Below, in pieces: positions 59,832-64,000 of a DNA stretch of 64,000 nt; position 1 is the first letter of the stretch; the number at the start of each line of letters is the position of its first letter. This DNA comes from a virus. The stretch lies in IMG/VR virus record IMGVR_UViG_3300013093_000020; one strand, 5' to 3'. The notes beneath the pieces were generated by a model. The model worked only from the letters and a program-made list of their open reading frames with translations. It made no database searches and was not told where the DNA came from. The position numbers and the translations under genes were made by a program.

Positions 59832-60026
59832 TTAGTCTGCCATAGGCAATGCTAATGCTTCTTGAATAGTTTCAATTAATTCTTCTTCGGTACTTACAAT
59901 AACTTTTGCGGTTTTCCAATCATCATTATCATCACGACCACCAACTTCGATCATAAAACCGTTGTCGTAACGATTGATTGTAAAACTCTCATTTGTCTTA
60001 ACTAATTTATCTGTAATAGCACTCAT
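59832..60026 (-). CDS. Small acidic hypothetical protein
   Basis: 64 aa, AAGGAG SD, overlaps rnh stop. Confidence 0.75.
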   Translation of the reverse strand: MSAITDKLVKTNESFTINRYDNGFMIEVGGRDDNDDWKTAKVIVSTEEELIETIQEALALPMAD

Positions 60027-61015
60027 TTTAAATCTCCTTGATATTTTGCTTGAAATGGTTCTGCATATTGCTGAATATTTTCAGCAATTTTTTTCATATC
60101 CCATGCGTTGCAGAATTTTAGCATGCGGATACCAACTTGACTAACATCTTTTGGTACTGCGTTAGTTTTAATTGTTTCTCGAATTTTTTCTTTAATCTCT
60201 TCTGGTTGTGCAGTAAGATCACATAACTGTACATTACGCTGATAATCTTCTAATACACGATGTTCGACTCCGTTATGGTCGACCCAGCGTTGCAGCATCA
60301 AATTGTTCCAATTATATCCTTTAGCCTTACGATCGGAAAACGCCTCCATGAGACCAACTTTATTCTTTGACCCTTTTGTGCGTACTCCCGGATAAGCTGA
60401 AAATACATTATCTGATGTGTCGCCTCGCATACATTTTTCGAACAGCATCCATTCTGGGTCTTGTGCAGGCTTAGGCTCTCCCGTCTTTTTGTCTTTAACT
60501 GGTTTACCTTTCGCATCAAAGATTCCTTCATGTGTAATGTGTAAATCGCCTACACCGTTATATTGGCTTACATTAGGGCCGATAAGTTGTGCAAAATCGC
60601 CATCTGTTGAAATAATAACATGCTTTGAGTCTGGATGTGCTTGCACCCAGCCTGCAATTAAATCATCAGCTTCTAAGTTTTCATGTCGCATTACTGTAGC
60701 ATTAGTCTTTTCTGTAACAAAAGATTTGAATTCATCAAAGGCTTCCCAGAATAAACGATCTTCTTCTTGTTGCTTTTCTGTAAGTGCATCTCGAGCTTCT
60801 TGCCTATTAGCCTTGTAAGGTTTATAATAATCCTTACGCCAGCTTCGACCTTCAAGGCAGAATACTACATGAGTCCCACCAAAGTCTTGCCATGCCTTTT
60901 TAATACTATTAAAAGTAATATGAAAAGCCATACCAAGTTTAATGTCACTTGAACCTTGAACTACATGCCGAGCACGGAAAAATGTGTTAGCTGTGTCGAC
61001 TAAAATATATGTCAT
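60023..61015 (-). CDS. rnh: T4-type RNase H / 5'-3' flap exonuclease
   Basis: ILVD, SWRKDYYKPYKANR, EADDLIA, ISTDGDFAQL, GDTSDNV. Confidence 0.92.
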   Translation of the reverse strand: MTYILVDTANTFFRARHVVQGSSDIKLGMAFHITFNSIKKAWQDFGGTHVVFCLEGRSWRKDYYKPYKANRQEARDALTEKQQEEDRLFWEAFDEFKSFVTEKTNATVMRHENLEADDLIAGWVQAHPDSKHVIISTDGDFAQLIGPNVSQYNGVGDLHITHEGIFDAKGKPVKDKKTGEPKPAQDPEWMLFEKCMRGDTSDNVFSAYPGVRTKGSKNKVGLMEAFSDRKAKGYNWNNLMLQRWVDHNGVEHRVLEDYQRNVQLCDLTAQPEEIKEKIRETIKTNAVPKDVSQVGIRMLKFCNAWDMKKIAENIQQYAEPFQAKYQGDLK

Positions 61016-61590
61016 TTATAATATTCCATGTCTGCTGCAAAAACAAACCGATAAGAATCTGAATCAGTAATACCGGGCCTATGCCATAGTTTACTAGGAT
61101 AGACTGCCCAAGTAAAGTTTTTTGGCTTCATAAAAACTGTATCTTCTTTGTCAGGCCAATTAAGTGCAAATTCAGTTCCTGTTAAATCTGGATTTGATAC
61201 ATCCTTGGGAATATGTATATACCAAAGACCACTAACTGTATCTGTAGTTCCATCGTTATCACTAATGTGATGATTATGCCACATGTTATTTCTATCTTCT
61301 GCATCCTTGGCGCTGGTCATAAACACCCAACTCATTATATTTTTAATCCTTACTTCTTTACCTAAAAACATAAAACAAGAATAGATGAAACTTTGACGCA
61401 TTTTTAGAAATACTGGTTCTGGCCTAGCAAATAAATTTTCTTTGGTTTGAAATTTTGGACTATTTTGAAAATAGTTTCCGCTATCAATAATACTCTTACT
61501 GATAGTCATTAGGGATTGATTATCCTCTTCTTTGATAAGAGAACTAAAATCGTACAAATCGATGTACTCGTTGTTGTCAATTATTCTCAC
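61012..61590 (-). CDS. Putative 2OG-Fe(II) oxygenase / cupin-fold protein
   Basis: WHNH, SGLWYIHIP, GTEF, YPSKLWH, terminal R pattern. Confidence 0.6.
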   Translation of the reverse strand: MRIIDNNEYIDLYDFSSLIKEEDNQSLMTISKSIIDSGNYFQNSPKFQTKENLFARPEPVFLKMRQSFIYSCFMFLGKEVRIKNIMSWVFMTSAKDAEDRNNMWHNHHISDNDGTTDTVSGLWYIHIPKDVSNPDLTGTEFALNWPDKEDTVFMKPKNFTWAVYPSKLWHRPGITDSDSYRFVFAADMEYYK

Positions 61591-62018
61591 GATATTTCTG
61601 ATTGATTAGCACTAATGCGATTAACATTAATATATCCTGCAGCTATCCTGCTAGCATCTTGACCTTCTTCAGTCAGCATGTTTCGAGCTAAGTCTCTGAA
61701 CCAACGATCAACAATCTGTTCTTCTGGATCTGCTTCAAAACCATAACCTGCTTTGATTAATTCTTGTATGAAGTATTCATTCCAATCTAATTCAAAGAAT
61801 CCATTGCGAATATTTTCCTTATTGATATGAGTATCTAATACGGCTACCCAAGGTTCTTTTCTTTTATTAGCTCGTTGCTTTGGTGTCATCTTGGCCAATT
61901 CAGCAGCCTCTTCTGCTTGTTTGGCTGTATTCATAGCTAGCTCTGCCGAGGCTAATGCCTGTTCTTTCTGAGCTTCGAGTTTATCAATACCAAATAATTT
62001 CTTAATAAATTGTTTCAT
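61587..62018 (-). CDS. Hypothetical protein
   Basis: Likely start ATG 62018 (MKQFIKKLFG); GFFELDWN motif. Confidence 0.75.
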   Translation of the reverse strand: MKQFIKKLFGIDKLEAQKEQALASAELAMNTAKQAEEAAELAKMTPKQRANKRKEPWVAVLDTHINKENIRNGFFELDWNEYFIQELIKAGYGFEADPEEQIVDRWFRDLARNMLTEEGQDASRIAAGYINVNRISANQSEIS

Positions 62019-62860
62019 TAGGTTCCCCATTCATTCTTAAAAAGCGGGACCTGTAAACGATCACTATAACGCCATCCACGCTTCATAGCTGCCAGTGCGA
62101 CATTTTTAGCATTTAAATTGTATACACTTTCAACGCCTCCAACTGGCATTAAGTAGACATCACCGCTAAAGCCAGCAGCACGATATGCACCTACAGCACA
62201 TTCTGCATCTGCGATATCTTGTTCAGTAGCTACTACAAATTTTAAATAAGTAGTACCAAACCATTCATATTCACAAACAATATTAGGTTGTATAGCCTCG
62301 TCCCACGATTCACCACTACCTGGTAATTTAGCACTGACACTAAATGTAATTTCTCGTTGTTTGTTTTTCCAATTAAACAAATATTTTTTGAATTCATCAG
62401 TTAATCTTTGAGTACCATTTGTTTCAAATGTAATTTCTTTAAGATTAGACATCTGTAGATTATCTAACAAATCTGGATAAGCTCGTTGCCAGCCTAATAA
62501 AGGTTCGCCACCTGTTATTACAAGATGTTCTGATTGCCAATATGGCTGTGGTAGTATTGCCATAATACGATCTGCTATAGCATCTGTAGTAAGCATTGGA
62601 CTAAGATCCTTGAAATCAGGATGCCAGCTAGCATAACTATCGCAACCAGTAGATACCAATGGGAGTTCTTCATACTTATTATATAAATGTACGACCTCTG
62701 CAATGTCGTTTGCTTCTGTGCTTAGTTCACCGCGGGGCATGCCGAATCCAGCACATTTAAAATTACAACCGAAGGTACGCAAAAAAACACTGGGTACACC
62801 CATGTACCTACCTTCACCTTGTATACTATAAAATAATTCTGCTACTTTAATCTTGCTCAT
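62018..62860 (-). CDS. queE: 7-carboxy-7-deazaguanine synthase-like radical SAM protein
   Basis: ELFYSIQGEG, FLRTFGCNFKC...CDS, ITGGEP, ETNGT, SVSAK, LKFVV, YLMP, RLQV; near folE. Confidence 0.85.
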   Translation of the reverse strand: MSKIKVAELFYSIQGEGRYMGVPSVFLRTFGCNFKCAGFGMPRGELSTEANDIAEVVHLYNKYEELPLVSTGCDSYASWHPDFKDLSPMLTTDAIADRIMAILPQPYWQSEHLVITGGEPLLGWQRAYPDLLDNLQMSNLKEITFETNGTQRLTDEFKKYLFNWKNKQREITFSVSAKLPGSGESWDEAIQPNIVCEYEWFGTTYLKFVVATEQDIADAECAVGAYRAAGFSGDVYLMPVGGVESVYNLNAKNVALAAMKRGWRYSDRLQVPLFKNEWGT

Positions 62861-63191
62861 TTTTTTCCTTCTTGAATTGTTCTACATCTTCTATAGCACT
62901 TAATAATGTGTGAGCATAATTGAACGCTTGTTGCTTGCCCATAATAAGATTGGATTCTACTTCGATGTAACCTTTGGTTAATAGTGTCCAAATCTTTTGC
63001 CAGCGGTTAAGTTTCCACCATTTGGTTTTTTGTTGAGTATAGATAGTAACATTGACTCCAATATCTTCTGCCTCTACCCATACTGTATGTGAATGGTTGC
63101 AATCGCCGCACTCGCACACAATCTCATAGATTTTAGCATCACCGTAATCTTTTTTTATTAAAATGCCTTCAGCTGGTATTTGTGGGTTCAT
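62847..63191 (-). CDS. Hypothetical protein with CECGDCNH motif
   Basis: 114-aa ORF in operon. Confidence 0.7.
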   Translation of the reverse strand: MNPQIPAEGILIKKDYGDAKIYEIVCECGDCNHSHTVWVEAEDIGVNVTIYTQQKTKWWKLNRWQKIWTLLTKGYIEVESNLIMGKQQAFNYAHTLLSAIEDVEQFKKEKNEQD

Positions 63192-63415
63192 TGTAACATA
63201 CTTCCTGAATCAAATCTTTTAACTTGATCTCTGCTATCTGAAATACTGTCAATCATCATGTCGTATTCATTAGGACTAAGTGCTGTCTTATACATACTCA
63301 TTGCCTGTGCCATCATTACTCCTGCGATACCTAATGGAGGTACTCCTTTGCTAACAAGTTTTGCCGTTAGACTGAGGTACTCTTCATATAATTCTTCTAA
63401 TTTGTTATCTTCCAT
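63188..63415 (-). CDS. Hypothetical protein
   Basis: 75 aa, AAGGA SD. Confidence 0.7.
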   Translation of the reverse strand: MEDNKLEELYEEYLSLTAKLVSKGVPPLGIAGVMMAQAMSMYKTALSPNEYDMMIDSISDSRDQVKRFDSGSMLQ

Positions 63416-63424
63416 TATTATTCC

Positions 63425-63658
63425 TTAAATTTCTGGATCTACCTGTGTATCTAACCAAGCATCAACTTTTTGATTGGCTTCTTTTTCTGTAAGAGCATAA
63501 ACAAATATGCGATAAGGGCCGCCAGCAGTATGTTGTATATCAAATGGAAGACTACCATTAAAGAACGGCGGAACATCCATATATCTTTCTATAATAAATT
63601 TTTGCATGTTTTTTGCACGATCAATTAATTGATCTGTCAGGTCTTTGGCATTTATCAT
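63425..63658 (-). CDS. Hypothetical protein
   Basis: 77 aa, 4-nt overlap with folE stop. Confidence 0.7.
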   Translation of the reverse strand: MINAKDLTDQLIDRAKNMQKFIIERYMDVPPFFNGSLPFDIQHTAGGPYRIFVYALTEKEANQKVDAWLDTQVDPEI

Positions 63659-63999
63659 TTAGAAGCATATTCCTGTTGCATTTTAATATTGTCAAAGAAT
63701 TCTTTCTTTGTACCGTGGTCGTCTTTGAATGCACCTTTCAATACTGTAGTCTGGGTTAAACTACTCTTGGCCATAATACCACGATTCTCACAGCACCCAT
63801 GTGTGGCTTGAATGTATACACCTAAGTCTGCGGCTCCTGTAGCCTTTTGGATTTCCCTAGCAATATCGTTACACAATTCTTCCTGGAGAGTGCCGCGACG
63901 AGCACACCACTGAGCAATACGAGTGTACTTAGACAAACCAATAAGTTTTTGTGCGGCGATGATGCCAATGTAAGCGACACCAGTAACGGGCTGATGATG
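63655..63999 (-). CDS. folE: GTP cyclohydrolase I (5' end outside window)
   Basis: Frame open to edge: HHQPVTGVAYIGII...GLSKYTRI...LQE...HGCCENRG. Confidence 0.9.
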   Translation of the reverse strand, partial: HHQPVTGVAYIGIIAAQKLIGLSKYTRIAQWCARRGTLQEELCNDIAREIQKATGAADLGVYIQATHGCCENRGIMAKSSLTQTTVLKGAFKDDHGTKKEFFDNIKMQQEYASK

Positions 64000-64000
64000 A

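Noticed and set aside
60298-60531. 77-aa +1-frame ORF in rnh with some NCG codon enrichment
   Set aside because: Short, no SD, within background length range
1-64000. Stop-codon reassignment as in some jumbo phages
   Set aside because: Code 11 gives full-length, tightly packed genes; TAA, TGA and TAG all end genes

Overview
64-kb segment of a large, AT-rich T4-like (jumbo) myophage genome, read in the standard bacterial code. No tRNA, rRNA, CRISPR array, transposase or reverse transcriptase was seen. Order: head genes (acidic core protein, portal); tape-measure-like gene divergent from a gp26/gp51-like pair; two late genes including an M15-type peptidase; a ~500-nt structured non-coding region; short GIY-YIG nuclease, gp46/gp47 and gp55-like late sigma factor; a 36-kb baseplate/tail-fibre block with a 5190-aa protein; four glycosyltransferase-like genes; then a minus-strand block with thyX, MoxR-type AAA ATPase + VWA metallopeptidase, RNase H, 2OG-Fe(II)-like protein, queE and folE. 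Two promoter classes are visible (sigma70 TTGACA-17/18-TATAAT and late TAAATA). Best leads: (1) a -1 ribosomal frameshift signal (T TTT TTC + 13-bp stem + pseudoknot) that would fuse gp26 to an ATG-less gp51-like frame; (2) a large, probably pseudoknotted RNA directly behind a GIY-YIG nuclease that lacks a DNA-binding extension; (3) candidate overprinted genes inside gp47 (holin-like, strong SD) and thyX. All product calls come from motif recognition and synteny by eye, not from database searches.
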